Made by a program: the position numbers and the translations under genes | Shown here: one piece after another, positions 45,430 through 58,993 of the stretch | How the letters are laid out: each line of letters begins with the position of its first letter | Position numbering within the stretch: the stretch's first letter is position 1 | Assembly (NCBI GenBank): GCA_963663235.2 | Contig: CAXXNO010000004.1 | Coordinates: 192,001-256,000, forward strand | Source: Dehalococcoidia bacterium | GTDB lineage: Bacteria > Chloroflexota > Dehalococcoidia > Bin125 | Direction of reading: 5' to 3' | DNA length: 64,000 bases | Notes under the pieces: generated by a model | What the model was told of the DNA's origin: nothing | What the model saw: only the letters and a program-made list of their open reading frames with translations | The model's database searches: none

Positions 45430-47667
45430 TCACGTCGCGGCGGCGGTCAGGCGGATGAAGAAGGCGTCGCCGTTGGCGAGCGTCTCCAACGTGTTACCGA
45501 CGGGTGCGCCGCGGCGCCAGGTGTCGTAGCCGACGCCGTTCCAGCGGAAGACGGCGTCCGCGGCGTCGAGGCCTGCGAGGGCGGCCTCGATGTCCATGGC
45601 CGGGCCGGTCCACATCGCCAGGTTGAGCCCGGCGAGGAGGGCGACGGATCGGGCGTCGTTGAAGGCGGGCTGCTCCCAGGTCGCTGCCTGGTCCATGACG
45701 ATCCAGAAGGCGTCGCCGGTGTTCACGTCGGTCAGGCCCTGCACCGCCGCGGGCAGGCCGGGGATGAAGGAGACGTAGCCCTGGGCGGCGGCGTCCCAGC
45801 CCAGGATCTGGCTGAAGAGGCCGGCGATGGAGGCCGTGGCGTCGAGGATGGCGGTGTCGCCGGTCCAGCCGACGAGGTTGAGGCCGGGGACCAGGCTCAC
45901 GCTGCGGGTCTGGGCCACCACCTCCATCACCTGATCCGGCGTGCCGAGGAAGCCGTAGAGGGCGCCGGTGGGGGCGGCGAAGGGGCTGCTCTTGTGGAGG
46001 CGGGCCGTGACCACGAGGTCGGGGAGGCCGTCCAGGTTGATGCCGGCGACGTCCAGGTCGCCGCCGAAGAGCTCGCCCGGGGGCCCCACGTAGGCGCGGG
46101 TCGCCAGTTGCGCGAGGGTGCCGGACTCAAGCGGGCCTTCGACGACGTAGACCACGCCGGCCTCGTCGCTGACGCCGGCCTGCGCGGCCTGGACGTCGGC
46201 ACTGTCGGCGCCGGGGACGCCGATGAGCAGGTCGAGCGCGCCGTCGAGGTTGACGTCGGCCAATTCGAGCGCCAGGCCGCGGTGCCCGTTGGGGATGCCG
46301 GAGATGCGCGCGGCCCAGGGCTGGGCCTCGTCAATTTGCTCGTCCGCGCCTTGCGGGCCGAAGGGGAGCACCGCGTCGATCAGCCAGACGGAGGAATCGC
46401 CGGCGCCAGCGGCGGCGCCGACAGCGACGCAGGCGCCGGCGCAGAAGCCGCTGCGGCCTTGCCCGCTCACGGCGAGCGTGCCGCCGAAGGCGGGGTCATC
46501 GGCGCGGACGGTGCGGACAGGGGCGGGATCGAAGGGCGTCTCCACCCCGCCGGAGCGGACCAGCATCTCCACACGGCCGCCGGCGCCGTCCGCGCCGGGA
46601 ATCCCCACGATGATCACGCGGCGCGTGACGAACAGCGCCTCGCCGAAGGCGGGCTCAGCGCCCGGTTCCCAGATCGTGATCGGGACGTGCGAGGGCACCG
46701 GGACTTGCTGCACCGAAAGGGAATCCAGGGGCGTGAGGGCATCAGGGTGATCCGCGGGAGCGGGGGAGACTTGCGTATCAACTGGAGTGAGAGGGCGCTG
46801 GCCGGGGCCTAAGCGGCCGAAGGGTAGGTCGTCCGACGTGGGGTCGTCGTCCGGCGTGGGGTCGCCGCCAAAGGGGTTGTTGCCGTCCGACGAGATGTCG
46901 TCGCCAAAGGTGTCGTCGATACCGCTGTCGTCGCCGGGGACGCCCGGCAGGGGGTCAAAGAAGTCGTCATCAGGTTCGGCATCCGGAGCCAGATCGCACG
47001 CCCCGAAGAAGACGCCGAAGCCGGGGTTCGTCTCGCAGATGTCCGGATCCAACTGCCCCAGATCGACAAGCTCGGCCCCGCGCTCCGTGAGGACGAATGT
47101 GGGACCAGCAGAGGTGTTCGCCGTTCGCGCGACCCGAACCTGGGCGCTGGTCGGAGGGACGGCGAACACGATGTTCAGAATCCCGTCTCCGTCGAGGTCG
47201 AAGATCTGCGGATTGCGGTCAAGGGAGCCGAAAGCGCGGCCAACCAGAGAAACGGCGGCCACCCTCGACCAGGGGCGGCCGTCCAGCCGGGTGCAGTCGG
47301 GCGCACCGCCGACCTGGGGGCATAGGACCGCGAACGACTCACCGGCGCCGACGGGGAGCGTGTCGGCAAGGGGGTCCGTGATGAAGAAGGCGGCCTGTCC
47401 CGCCGCCGGGCTGACGCCCGCGAGGACGTTGACGGGAAAGAGCAGGGGCGCATCGAAGTCACCGGCCTCGCGTACGTCCAGGACGGGACCGCCGAGGAGA
47501 AGGAAGTCGGCGTCGGCGGCGTCGATGACGTTGAGGCCGGTGATCTGAGCGACTTCCGTCGCCGCGTGTGGTCCCGCCGCGCGGGACGGGGCGGGGTTCG
47601 CGGTCAGACCAGCGCTCAGAACGATGGCCACCATGACGGCAGCGAAGAGCAGTCTTGTCCGGGACAT
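45430..47667 (-). CDS. Secreted FG-GAP repeat protein with two C-terminal Trp-rich modules
   Basis: Signal peptide; DLDGDG, DVNLDGALDLLIGVPG..AGVVYV, INLDGLPDLVV; LVPGLNLVGWTG and LLAGLNLAMWTG repeats. Confidence 0.78.
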   Translation of the reverse strand: MSRTRLLFAAVMVAIVLSAGLTANPAPSRAAGPHAATEVAQITGLNVIDAADADFLLLGGPVLDVREAGDFDAPLLFPVNVLAGVSPAAGQAAFFITDPLADTLPVGAGESFAVLCPQVGGAPDCTRLDGRPWSRVAAVSLVGRAFGSLDRNPQIFDLDGDGILNIVFAVPPTSAQVRVARTANTSAGPTFVLTERGAELVDLGQLDPDICETNPGFGVFFGACDLAPDAEPDDDFFDPLPGVPGDDSGIDDTFGDDISSDGNNPFGGDPTPDDDPTSDDLPFGRLGPGQRPLTPVDTQVSPAPADHPDALTPLDSLSVQQVPVPSHVPITIWEPGAEPAFGEALFVTRRVIIVGIPGADGAGGRVEMLVRSGGVETPFDPAPVRTVRADDPAFGGTLAVSGQGRSGFCAGACVAVGAAAGAGDSSVWLIDAVLPFGPQGADEQIDEAQPWAARISGIPNGHRGLALELADVNLDGALDLLIGVPGADSADVQAAQAGVSDEAGVVYVVEGPLESGTLAQLATRAYVGPPGELFGGDLDVAGINLDGLPDLVVTARLHKSSPFAAPTGALYGFLGTPDQVMEVVAQTRSVSLVPGLNLVGWTGDTAILDATASIAGLFSQILGWDAAAQGYVSFIPGLPAAVQGLTDVNTGDAFWIVMDQAATWEQPAFNDARSVALLAGLNLAMWTGPAMDIEAALAGLDAADAVFRWNGVGYDTWRRGAPVGNTLETLANGDAFFIRLTAAAT

Positions 47668-47790
47668 GCGCGCCTCCGTTTCCGCAGGGCGCAAGGGCTA
47701 GTCGTCGGGGCGCGGGGCGTCAACGCGGCGGCACGTGCGGCGATACGGTCCGCGTCGCGCTCGATGCAGCGCAAGCGTCGATCTGAAGGG

Positions 47791-47888
47791 TGGCGGGAGC
47801 GCGTGGGAGTCGAACCCACCCAGGACGGCGTGGACCGCCCCGCAACGGTTTTGAAGACCGCGAGAGCCACCGGGCCCCCTCCGCTCCC
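47791..47888 (-). tRNA. selC: tRNA-Sec (anticodon UCA)
   Basis: 98 nt GGGAGCGG...GGTCTTCAAAACC, long variable arm, GGTTCGACTCC, encoded CCA, extended acceptor stem. Confidence 0.95.
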
Positions 47889-47977
47889 TCGCAAGCGCTG
47901 CCAGGATAAAGCGCGGCGCACGCCTCCGCTGTACCGCTCTGGGCGCGGCCGACGATCAGGGCCGGGGTCTGGGTGGG

Positions 47978-48304
47978 CTAGACGAGCGCGTCGTCCAGGC
48001 GCTTCTTGAGATCGCCCTTGGGCCGGAAGCCGACGATCTGCCCTACCTGCTCGCCGTTCTTGAAGACGAGCAGCGTGGGGATGCTGCGGATGCCGTACTG
48101 GGTGGCAATCTTGGGGTTCTCGTCCGTGTTGAGTTTGTAGAAGGCGACGCGCCCGTCGTACTCCGTGGCCAGTTCCTCAACGACAGGGGCCACCATGCGA
48201 CAGGGACCACACCAGGGCGCCCAGAAATCCACGAGGACGGGAACCGCGCTATCCAGCACATCTACTTTGAACGTGTCGTCCGTGACTTCCGCGGGCTTGG
48301 TCAT
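47978..48304 (-). CDS. trxA: Thioredoxin
   Basis: [18 protein letters not shown]. Confidence 0.97.
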   Translation of the reverse strand: MTKPAEVTDDTFKVDVLDSAVPVLVDFWAPWCGPCRMVAPVVEELATEYDGRVAFYKLNTDENPKIATQYGIRSIPTLLVFKNGEQVGQIVGFRPKGDLKKRLDDALV

Positions 48305-48360
48305 CTCGGGTGATCCCCTTTCCCGGCTAGTTTAGTAATCGACCATAGGATCGGTCGACT

Positions 48361-48412
48361 TTGACAACTTCGTTATTAGTAAATACGTTATTAGTATACC
48401 CCGTGGGGGTAT
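48361..48412 (+). promoter_or_regulatory. Promoter and CsoR/RcnR-type operator
   Basis: TTGACA-17-TACGTT, then ATACCCC-GTG-GGGGTAT palindrome at 48396-48412. Confidence 0.8.
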
Positions 48413-48480
48413 CTGATCCGGCGGCGCTCCGCCGCCCTGTTACCTGAGCGACAGAAGCAGGGACCGAGTGAGGAGGGCCC

Positions 48481-48741
48481 ATGGCGAGCAACCCCGTGCA
48501 GACCCGCCTCCGCCGGATTGAGGGGCAAGTGCAGGGCGTGCAGCGGATGCTGGACGCGGACCGCTCTTGCGACGAGGTGCTCACCCAACTGCTGGCGGTC
48601 CGGGCCGGGCTGGAGCAGGTGTCCGTGCTGGTAGGCGAGAAGCACCTGCGGGAGTGCGTCCTGGACGGCCTGGACCCCGAGGACCCGCGGATTCCGGCCG
48701 TCCTAGAGATGCTGCGGCTGTGCGTCCGCTGCGGCCCCTAG
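48481..48741 (+). CDS. CsoR/RcnR family metal-sensitive repressor
   Basis: RLRRIEGQVQGVQRM...C.EVL.Q..AV...H..EC. Confidence 0.93.
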   Translation: MASNPVQTRLRRIEGQVQGVQRMLDADRSCDEVLTQLLAVRAGLEQVSVLVGEKHLRECVLDGLDPEDPRIPAVLEMLRLCVRCGP

Positions 48742-49823
48742 GACGAACGACGCACCGGCGCGTCGGGTGAGCCCCAGGCCTGGGCGGGGTCCGGGGAGCG
48801 CCCGGATCCGGCGGCGGGCTGGGGGCGCCGGTCGGGGGGCGCGTCTCGCAGCACCTCGGCGATGGCATCGACGAAACCGGACTCGCTCACGCTGCGGGCG
48901 AGCCGCAGTCCGCTGACCACGGCTTCGGCGTCGGCGCGGCCGTGGCCGATGATCACGACGCCGTCGACGCCGAACAAGGGGGCGCCGCCGATCCGCTGAT
49001 AGTTCAAGCGCCCCTTCATCTGCCGGAAGACGTCTCGCAGCAACCAAGCGGCGAGCATGTAGCGGCGCTTGCTGCGCACGGCCTGGCGCAGCTCGCCGGT
49101 GATGAGATTCGTGATCGCCTCAGAGACCTTGATGGCCACATTGCCCGCAAATCCATCGCTGACGACGATGTCGGCGACGCCCTCGACCAACTCCTTCCCC
49201 TCCACGTTGCCGATGAAGTTGGGCTCGCGCTGCGACAGCAACTCGTAGGCCTGGAGCGTGAGGTGGTTGCCCTTGGACTGTTCCTGGCCGACGTTGAGCA
49301 AGCCCACGCTGGGGTTGCCGTGGTGCAACACGCGCTCGAAGTAGGCCTTTCCCATGGTGGCGAACTGCGAGAGAAACGCCGGGCGGCAGTCCACGTTTGC
49401 GCCGACGTCCAAGAGCAAGGTGCGGGATCCGCGAGCGTTGATGAAGAGGACGCCCAAGGCGGGGCGGTCGACGCCGGGAATGCGGCCCAAAGTCCGCAAA
49501 CTCGCGGCCGTCACCGCGCCGGTGTTGCCGAACGAAAGAAAGGCCTGCGCCTCCCCGCGCTTGACCGCCTGCAGCCCGACGATGATGGAGGAGCGCGGCT
49601 TGCGTCGCAGGGAGGCCACCGCCGACTCATCCATGGCCACGGCGTCCGGGGCATCGACGAAACGGACGTTGGAGGGAAGCGTGGGCGCCAGAGGGCGCAA
49701 CTCATCGACGCGGCCGATGAGGAGCACCTCCAAGCCGGGATCGGCGGCGGCGAGGAGCGCGCCCTGGACCGTGGCCTTGGGCGCGTTGTCGCCGCCCATG
49801 GCATCAAGCGCGATGATGGTCAT
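48738..49823 (-). CDS. plsX: Phosphate acyltransferase PlsX
   Basis: IALDAMGGDNAP, GNTGA, LDVGAN, LLNVG.E..KG, DGFAGN. Confidence 0.96.
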   Translation of the reverse strand: MTIIALDAMGGDNAPKATVQGALLAAADPGLEVLLIGRVDELRPLAPTLPSNVRFVDAPDAVAMDESAVASLRRKPRSSIIVGLQAVKRGEAQAFLSFGNTGAVTAASLRTLGRIPGVDRPALGVLFINARGSRTLLLDVGANVDCRPAFLSQFATMGKAYFERVLHHGNPSVGLLNVGQEQSKGNHLTLQAYELLSQREPNFIGNVEGKELVEGVADIVVSDGFAGNVAIKVSEAITNLITGELRQAVRSKRRYMLAAWLLRDVFRQMKGRLNYQRIGGAPLFGVDGVVIIGHGRADAEAVVSGLRLARSVSESGFVDAIAEVLRDAPPDRRPQPAAGSGRSPDPAQAWGSPDAPVRRSS

Positions 49824-49849
49824 CGGCACTCCCTCCCGGCGACCTGCGA

Positions 49850-51094
49850 TCACTCAGCGGCGCAGCGGAAGCCATCCAAGCTGGGCTGCGCCAGCGCCCG
49901 CACGTCGTCCGGGCTGAGGGATTGTAGGACGAACGATCGTCCGGTGTCCTGGCAATACCAGGCGAAGACGCCCAGTTGCCCGCTGACGCCGGGAAAGGCC
50001 ACGTCGACGATGACTGCGCGGCCGGATACGCCGGCGTTGAGTGCCAGATCGCTGCGCTCCACCTCGGTGAAGTCGGTCGCGGCTCCCTGAAGGCCGGCGA
50101 CCACGATGCTCACCGCCTCCTCGGGGTCGAAGAACTCCGCATTCACTGTCTCCCAGCGGAGCAGGAACTCCAGGATGCCGTCCGGCGTCCGCTGCTCGAA
50201 GAGGCCGAGATCGAACGTGGGCAGGGGCGTGCCCAACTCCGAGGTGACGGAGGTGGCATTGTAGGGGAAGAGGAACCCAAACCTCGATCCGTAGAGCCCC
50301 GGGCGGCTGGGCGGAATGGCGCGCGCGATGAAGGAATCCTGCGCGCGTTGGAGGTCCGTATCCAGGAGGCCAAACTCGTCGGAGGCCGCGCCGGCCTCGA
50401 CGAAGTAGCCGAGGGGGCCCACCTGCACGATCAGCGATCGCACGCGCAAGAGATCGCCGCCGGATCCCCGAGCGTCGACCTCCCACTCCAGGAGCAGGCC
50501 CGGCGTTTGCCCGTCCGACGCCAGGACCGTCGTGCGGCGGTCTGTCACGGCGAAGGAGGGGTTGGCGCCGCGGCGGTCGAGCCATTCCGCCTCCAACCCG
50601 TTCAGCCCCGGGTCCAACCCGAGCGACTCCGGGTCGAGCACGGAGATGTCGATGAAGGCGCGTCCGCTATTGGAGACGAAGACCACACGGTCCACGCCGT
50701 TCGTCGTCACGTCGCAGAAAGCGCCGCAGACCAGCTCCAGACTGAAGCCGTAGGTGTCGTTCAAGTAGCGGCGGAGGATGTCCTCGGCGAGATCCAAGTC
50801 TCCCAGGTCGTTGGGATCGTCGGCGGGGAAGGCCGGCTCTTGCTCTTCCGCGGGGGCAGCATCCGCGGGGGCGTCCGTTTCGGCGGGCGTGGGAGGCTCG
50901 ATCTCCTCGGAGGGCTGGACCGTCTCGGCGACAGGCGCGCGGATGAACGCGTCCGCGTCGATGCCCGTGTCGGGGTCGCCGCCGCAGGCCACGAGGCCGA
51001 GGGCGAGGAGCAGGAGCGCTCCCCCCAGCGCGCCTGCCGGCCGAGGACCGGCCGAGCGCCAGCGACCCCGCCATCGATTCCACAGCCACGTCAT
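49850..51094 (-). CDS. Lipoprotein of unknown function (possibly tandem PsbP/DcrB-like domains)
   Basis: Lipobox LVAC, acidic linker, two Y....GFS/GFLF starts. Confidence 0.65.
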   Translation of the reverse strand: MTWLWNRWRGRWRSAGPRPAGALGGALLLLALGLVACGGDPDTGIDADAFIRAPVAETVQPSEEIEPPTPAETDAPADAAPAEEQEPAFPADDPNDLGDLDLAEDILRRYLNDTYGFSLELVCGAFCDVTTNGVDRVVFVSNSGRAFIDISVLDPESLGLDPGLNGLEAEWLDRRGANPSFAVTDRRTTVLASDGQTPGLLLEWEVDARGSGGDLLRVRSLIVQVGPLGYFVEAGAASDEFGLLDTDLQRAQDSFIARAIPPSRPGLYGSRFGFLFPYNATSVTSELGTPLPTFDLGLFEQRTPDGILEFLLRWETVNAEFFDPEEAVSIVVAGLQGAATDFTEVERSDLALNAGVSGRAVIVDVAFPGVSGQLGVFAWYCQDTGRSFVLQSLSPDDVRALAQPSLDGFRCAAE

Positions 51095-51222
51095 CGCCTC
51101 GCCCCTTCGTCGCGCCCTACCCGCACGGTTCATCTTAGAGGGCTCCGGAACGGGGTAGCGGCCACGTCGATTGACCGACGCGGGGCCCCCTCCGTAGGCT
51201 GAGTCCCCGCAACGGGAGAACC

Positions 51223-51741
51223 ATGAGCGACGACCTGCGCGCATTAATCCGCGACATTCCCGACTTCCCGCAGCCCGGCGTGCTGTTCCGGGACATCACA
51301 CCGCTGCTGCGTCAAGGTCCCGCGTTCCAACACGTGATCGACTGGCTGGTCCGGCTCTACCAGGACGAGAACCTGGACGCGGTGGTGGGGATCGAATCGC
51401 GCGGGTTCCTGTTCGGTGCGCCGTTGGCGGACCGGCTGGGGATCGGCCTGACGCCGGTCCGCAAGCCGGGAAAGCTGCCGGCCGACCGGTACATGGAGGA
51501 GTATGCGCTGGAGTACGGGAGCGGCGTGCTGGAGATACATCGCGACGCGCTCAAGGATGGGGAGCGGGTGGTGATCGTGGACGATCTCCTGGCGACGGGC
51601 GGCACCGCCGCGGCGGCGGCGAAGCTAGTGGAGCGGACCGGCGCGCACGTCGTTGCGCTGGCGTTCCTCATCGAGCTGAGCGACCTGAAAGGGCGCACGC
51701 GGCTGCCCCACTACCGGATCGACGTGCTGCTGCCGTACTAG
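51223..51741 (+). CDS. apt: Adenine phosphoribosyltransferase
   Basis: IPDFP.PGV.FRDITPLL, RKPGKLP, YALEYG, IVDDLLATGGT. Confidence 0.97.
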   Translation: MSDDLRALIRDIPDFPQPGVLFRDITPLLRQGPAFQHVIDWLVRLYQDENLDAVVGIESRGFLFGAPLADRLGIGLTPVRKPGKLPADRYMEEYALEYGSGVLEIHRDALKDGERVVIVDDLLATGGTAAAAAKLVERTGAHVVALAFLIELSDLKGRTRLPHYRIDVLLPY

Positions 51742-51836
51742 CACGGGCCTGCCCGTAGCGCGCCCGGGCTGCCCGAGCGGCCATCTTGACGAGGCCAAAC
51801 GCCCCCCCATACGGTATTTGAGCGAAACGGCCTAAG

Positions 51837-51949
51837 TTCTCATCAAGAGTGGTGGAGGGACCGGCCCGACGAAGCCCAGCAACCGGCCGGCATGGAGCAA
51901 AGCCGGAACGGTGCCAAATCCGGCAGACGCGAGTCTGAAAGATGCGAGC
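51837..51949 (+). ncRNA. SAM-I (S-box) riboswitch
   Basis: CATCAAGAGTGGTGGAGGGACCGGCCCGACGAAGCCCAGCAACC...GGTGCCAAATCC...GAAAGATG upstream of mtnA...metK. Confidence 0.95.
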
Positions 51950-51991
51950 GGTGCGCGGGCGTTCCCGATCACCGCGGAGCGCCTGAAATCA

Positions 51992-53057
<1,066 letters not shown>

Positions 53058-53065
<8 letters not shown>

Positions 53066-53926
53066 GCCGACCGCGCAAGTGGCGGTGATCGGCGGATCCG
53101 GCTTTTACGACCTGGCCGACTTGGTTGAGCGCGAGAGCTGGACACCGGAGACGCCGTTCGGCCCGACCAGCGATCCCGTGGTGGTGGGAACGCTGCACAG
53201 GAAGCGGGTGGCCTTCCTGCCCCGGCACGGCAGCGGCCACGTGTTGCTGCCGCAGGAGATCCCCGTGCGCGCCAACCTGTGGGCGCTCAAAGCGATGGGG
53301 GTGCAGGGGATCATCGCGGTCAGCGCCGTGGGGTCGCTGCGGGAGGAGATTGCGCCGCTGGACATGGTGGCGCCGGACCAGATCATCGACCGGACGCGGC
53401 ACACGCGGCCGACCAGCTTCTTCGGCAGCGGTGTGGTAGCGCACGTGGGCTTCGCCGACCCGTTCTGCCCGGACCTGAGCACTCGATTGGTGCAGGCGGG
53501 CCGCGCGCTGGGCCAGACCGTGCACCAAGGCGGCACCTACGTGTGTATAGAAGGGCCGCTGTTCTCGACGCGGGCGGAGTCACAGTTGTACCGCTCCTGG
53601 GGAGCGGCGGTGATCGGGATGACGGCGATCCCGGAGGCGAAGCTGGCGCGGGAGGCGGAGATCGCCTACGCCATGCTGGCCACGGCCACCGACTACGATG
53701 TCTGGCATGAGAGCGCCGCCGACGTGAGCGCCGACCTGGTGGTCGAAACCCTGCGTAAGAACGTAGATACGGCGCGGCAGATCGTCGCGGCGGTGATCCG
53801 GGATCTGCCGGAGGACTGGCGCAGCAGCGCGGCGGGCGCGCTGGCGGGCGCGATCGTGACAGATCCCGCGCGCATTCCAGCGAAAGCGAAGCAGGACCTG
53901 GCGCCGATCATCGGAGCGTACGTGTC

Positions 53927-53930
<4 letters not shown>
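53058..53930 (+). CDS. mtnP: S-methyl-5'-thioadenosine phosphorylase
   Basis: IGGSG.Y, LPRHG, EGP.FSTRAES, GMT..PEAKLARE, TDYD.W. Confidence 0.96.
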
Positions 53931-56112
<2,182 letters not shown>

Positions 56113-56122
56113 AGGCATAGCG

Positions 56123-57334
56123 ATGACCACGACCTTCACCAGCGCGAGCTCGCTGCTGTTGACATCGGAATCCGTCACGGAGGGGCATCCCGACAAGCTC
56201 TGCGACCAGATCTCGGACGCCGTGCTGGACGCTTGTTTGACGGAGGACCCCAACTCGCGGGTGGCGTGCGAAACGTCCGTGACGACCGGCTTGGTTCTGG
56301 TCTTCGGCGAGATCACGACGCACGCCCGTCTGGATATCCCGCGGATCGCGCGCGAGGTCATCCGCGAGATCGGCTATACGGACTCCGGCATCGGCTTCGA
56401 CGCCGACACCTGCGGCGTCACCGTGGCGATGGGGCGGCAATCGCCGGACATCAAGGAAGGCGTGGACCGGTCGATTGAGGTGCGCGAGGAGGAGGGGGCG
56501 GTCGACCGATTCGACCGCCAGGGCGCCGGTGACCAGGGCATGATGATCGGTTTCGCGTGCAACGAAACGCCGGAGCTGATGCCGCTGACTATCTCGCTGG
56601 CGCATCGGCTGACGCAGCGCCTGGCAACAGTGCGGCGTGACGGAGAGATCCCCTATCTGCGGCCGGACGGCAAGTCGCAAGTGACGGTGGAGTACGCCTA
56701 CGGGATCCCCAAGCGCGTGGCGGCCGTGGTGGTGTCCGCGCATCACGACGGCGGGATCAATATCGAGCAGATCAAGCAGGACATCCATCACGCCGTGATC
56801 GAGCACGCGATCCCGGCGGAGTTGATGGACGAGGGGACGCATCGCTACGTGAACCCGGCGGGCCGCTTTGTCCGCGGCGGGCCGATGGCGGACGCGGGGC
56901 TGACGGGGCGCAAGATTATTGTGGATACGTATGGGGGCATTGCGCGCCACGGGGGCGGGGCGTTCTCGGGCAAGGACCCGTCCAAGGTGGATCGGTCGGG
57001 CTCCTACGCCGCGCGCTGGGTGGCGAAGAACGTTGTGGCGGCCGGCCTGGCGGAGCGCGTGGAGGTGCAAATCTCCTACGCCATTGGGGTCGCGCGCCCG
57101 ACGTCCGTGGCGATCGAGACGTTCGGCAGCGCGGCGATCGATGAGAACCGCATCACCGAACTGATTAACGAGCACTTCGACCTGCGGCCGGCGGCGATCG
57201 TGGACGCGCTGCGGTTGCTGCGGCCGATCTACCGCCAGACGGCGGCCTACGGCCACTTCGGCCGGGAGGACCTGGACCTGCCGTGGGAGAGCACGACCGT
57301 GGCGGAATCCCTGCGTCGGGCGGCCGGGGGGTAG
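56123..57334 (+). CDS. metK: S-adenosylmethionine synthetase
   Basis: [40 protein letters not shown]. Confidence 0.98.
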   Translation: MTTTFTSASSLLLTSESVTEGHPDKLCDQISDAVLDACLTEDPNSRVACETSVTTGLVLVFGEITTHARLDIPRIAREVIREIGYTDSGIGFDADTCGVTVAMGRQSPDIKEGVDRSIEVREEEGAVDRFDRQGAGDQGMMIGFACNETPELMPLTISLAHRLTQRLATVRRDGEIPYLRPDGKSQVTVEYAYGIPKRVAAVVVSAHHDGGINIEQIKQDIHHAVIEHAIPAELMDEGTHRYVNPAGRFVRGGPMADAGLTGRKIIVDTYGGIARHGGGAFSGKDPSKVDRSGSYAARWVAKNVVAAGLAERVEVQISYAIGVARPTSVAIETFGSAAIDENRITELINEHFDLRPAAIVDALRLLRPIYRQTAAYGHFGREDLDLPWESTTVAESLRRAAGG

Positions 57335-57368
57335 AGCGCCGGCGCTCCGCTGCTCCGCGCTGGGTATT

Positions 57369-57770
57369 CTAGCGCTTGGTGTACTGAGGCGCCTTGCGGG
57401 CGCGCTTGAGCCCGTACTTCTTGCGTTCCTTCATGCGGGAATCGCGGGTGAGGAGGCCGGCCTTCTTCAGCGGCGGGCGCAAGGACTCATCCGAGGCGGT
57501 GAGGGCGCGGGCGATGCCGTGCCGAATGGCGCCGGCCCAGCCGCTGGTGCCGCCGCCCGCGCACTTGATCTGGGCGCTGAACTTGCCTTGGGTACCGGTG
57601 ACCACGAAGGGTTCCTCGATCTGCTGGCGGTGGATCTGCCGCGCGAAGAGCGATTCAGCGGGCTTGCCGTTGACCACGATGGCGCCCTCACCGGGGTAGA
57701 GACGCACACGCGCCACGGCGTCCTTGCGCCGGCCGGTGCCGTAGTAATAAAAGTGCCCGCCCGTGGTCAT
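57369..57770 (-). CDS. rpsI: 30S ribosomal protein S9
   Basis: GTGRRK.AVARV...[20 protein letters not shown]. Confidence 0.98.
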   Translation of the reverse strand: MTTGGHFYYYGTGRRKDAVARVRLYPGEGAIVVNGKPAESLFARQIHRQQIEEPFVVTGTQGKFSAQIKCAGGGTSGWAGAIRHGIARALTASDESLRPPLKKAGLLTRDSRMKERKKYGLKRARKAPQYTKR

Positions 57771-58210
57771 GCGTCCGCTCCTTCAGTTGTGGGCGTCGCC
57801 GGCATCTGTCCGGCGTGGGGATGATCGGGGCCAGCGTAGACCCGCAGGTGCCGATACTGACCCCGGCCCAAGCGGGTCTTGGGCAGCATGCCACGCACCG
57901 CCTTCTCGATCACGCGCTCTGGATGCGAGGCCAGCAGGTCCCGGAGGCGGATCTCCCGCAAGTTGCCGGGATACCCCGAGTGACGATAGTAGCGCTTCTG
58001 GTCCAGCTTGCGGCCGGTCACGGCGACGCTGGCAGCGTTGACGACGACGACATAGTCCCCGACGTCCAGATGCGGCGAGAAGGTGGGCTTGTGCTTGCCG
58101 CGCAAGAGCGTGGCGACCTCGGTGGCGACGCGGCCCAGGGGGCGGCCGGTGGCGTCGATCACGTGCCAGGTCCGTTGGATATCAGCCTGGCGTCCAACAT
58201 ATGTCTTCAT
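57767..58210 (-). CDS. rplM: 50S ribosomal protein L13
   Basis: [25 protein letters not shown]; ATG 58210 lies within the truA 3' end. Confidence 0.97.
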   Translation of the reverse strand: MKTYVGRQADIQRTWHVIDATGRPLGRVATEVATLLRGKHKPTFSPHLDVGDYVVVVNAASVAVTGRKLDQKRYYRHSGYPGNLREIRLRDLLASHPERVIEKAVRGMLPKTRLGRGQYRHLRVYAGPDHPHAGQMPATPTTEGADA

Positions 58211-58985
58211 CGTCTTCGTCCCAGCCCTCCAACTCCGCCAGATCGTAGCGCACCCGGACAAGATACAGTCCTTGCGGCGGCGCGGCGGGCCCGGCTGCAC
58301 CGGTGCGGGGCTCTGCTAAGAGCCGCGCGATGATCGCGGGATCGGCCCGTCCCCGGCCCACCGCCAGCATCTGGCCCACCATGCGGCGGACCTGGTGGGG
58401 GAGGAAGCTGGGGGCCCGAAAGCGAAAGCCGACCCCGTGGCTGCTCTCCCATAGCGACGCCTCCCGGAGCGTTCGCGCCGTCCCCGGGCGGGAGGGCCGG
58501 CCGGCGAAGGCGGCGAAGTCGTGCTCCCCCTCCAACTGCGCGAGCGCCTGCCTCATCGCATCGTAATCGAGCGGGCCGGGGATGGCCCAAGCGCCGCCCT
58601 CCCACATCGGCTGTCGCTCCGGCGCCAAGCGCACGAGGTAGCGATAGATCCGCTCCTGGGCGCAGCGCCGGGGATCGAACGCCAGCGGCACTTGGCGCGC
58701 GGCCTGCACGGCGGCGGCCGGGGGCAGGAAATGATTGAGGCCCCGGACCCACCGCTCCGGCGGCAGGGTGGCGGTGGTCGTGATCGCGGCCACCTGCCCC
58801 AGTGCATGGACGCCGGCGTCCGTGCGGCCCGCAAGATCGACCCGGCGCCAGCAGCCGGTGAGCGCGGCGGCCGCGCTTTCCAAGGCGTCCTGGACGGTTG
58901 GGGCGTTTGGTTGTCGCTGGGAGCCGGCAAAGGCCGCGCCGTGGTACTGGAGGCGCAGCGCAATCCGCTGCGGGGATGTGCCCAC
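58182..58985 (-). CDS. truA: tRNA pseudouridine(38-40) synthase
   Basis: [38 protein letters not shown]. Confidence 0.95.
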   Translation of the reverse strand: MGTSPQRIALRLQYHGAAFAGSQRQPNAPTVQDALESAAAALTGCWRRVDLAGRTDAGVHALGQVAAITTTATLPPERWVRGLNHFLPPAAAVQAARQVPLAFDPRRCAQERIYRYLVRLAPERQPMWEGGAWAIPGPLDYDAMRQALAQLEGEHDFAAFAGRPSRPGTARTLREASLWESSHGVGFRFRAPSFLPHQVRRMVGQMLAVGRGRADPAIIARLLAEPRTGAAGPAAPPQGLYLVRVRYDLAELEGWDEDDEDICWTPG

Positions 58986-58993
58986 CGTGGGGC

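Noticed and set aside
36525-47790. Integrative element at selC
   Set aside because: No integrase, transposase or repeat of the tRNA 3' end seen; kept only as a weak note.
51911-51991. N-terminal extension of mtnA
   Set aside because: It overlaps the SAM-I aptamer; the true start is downstream.
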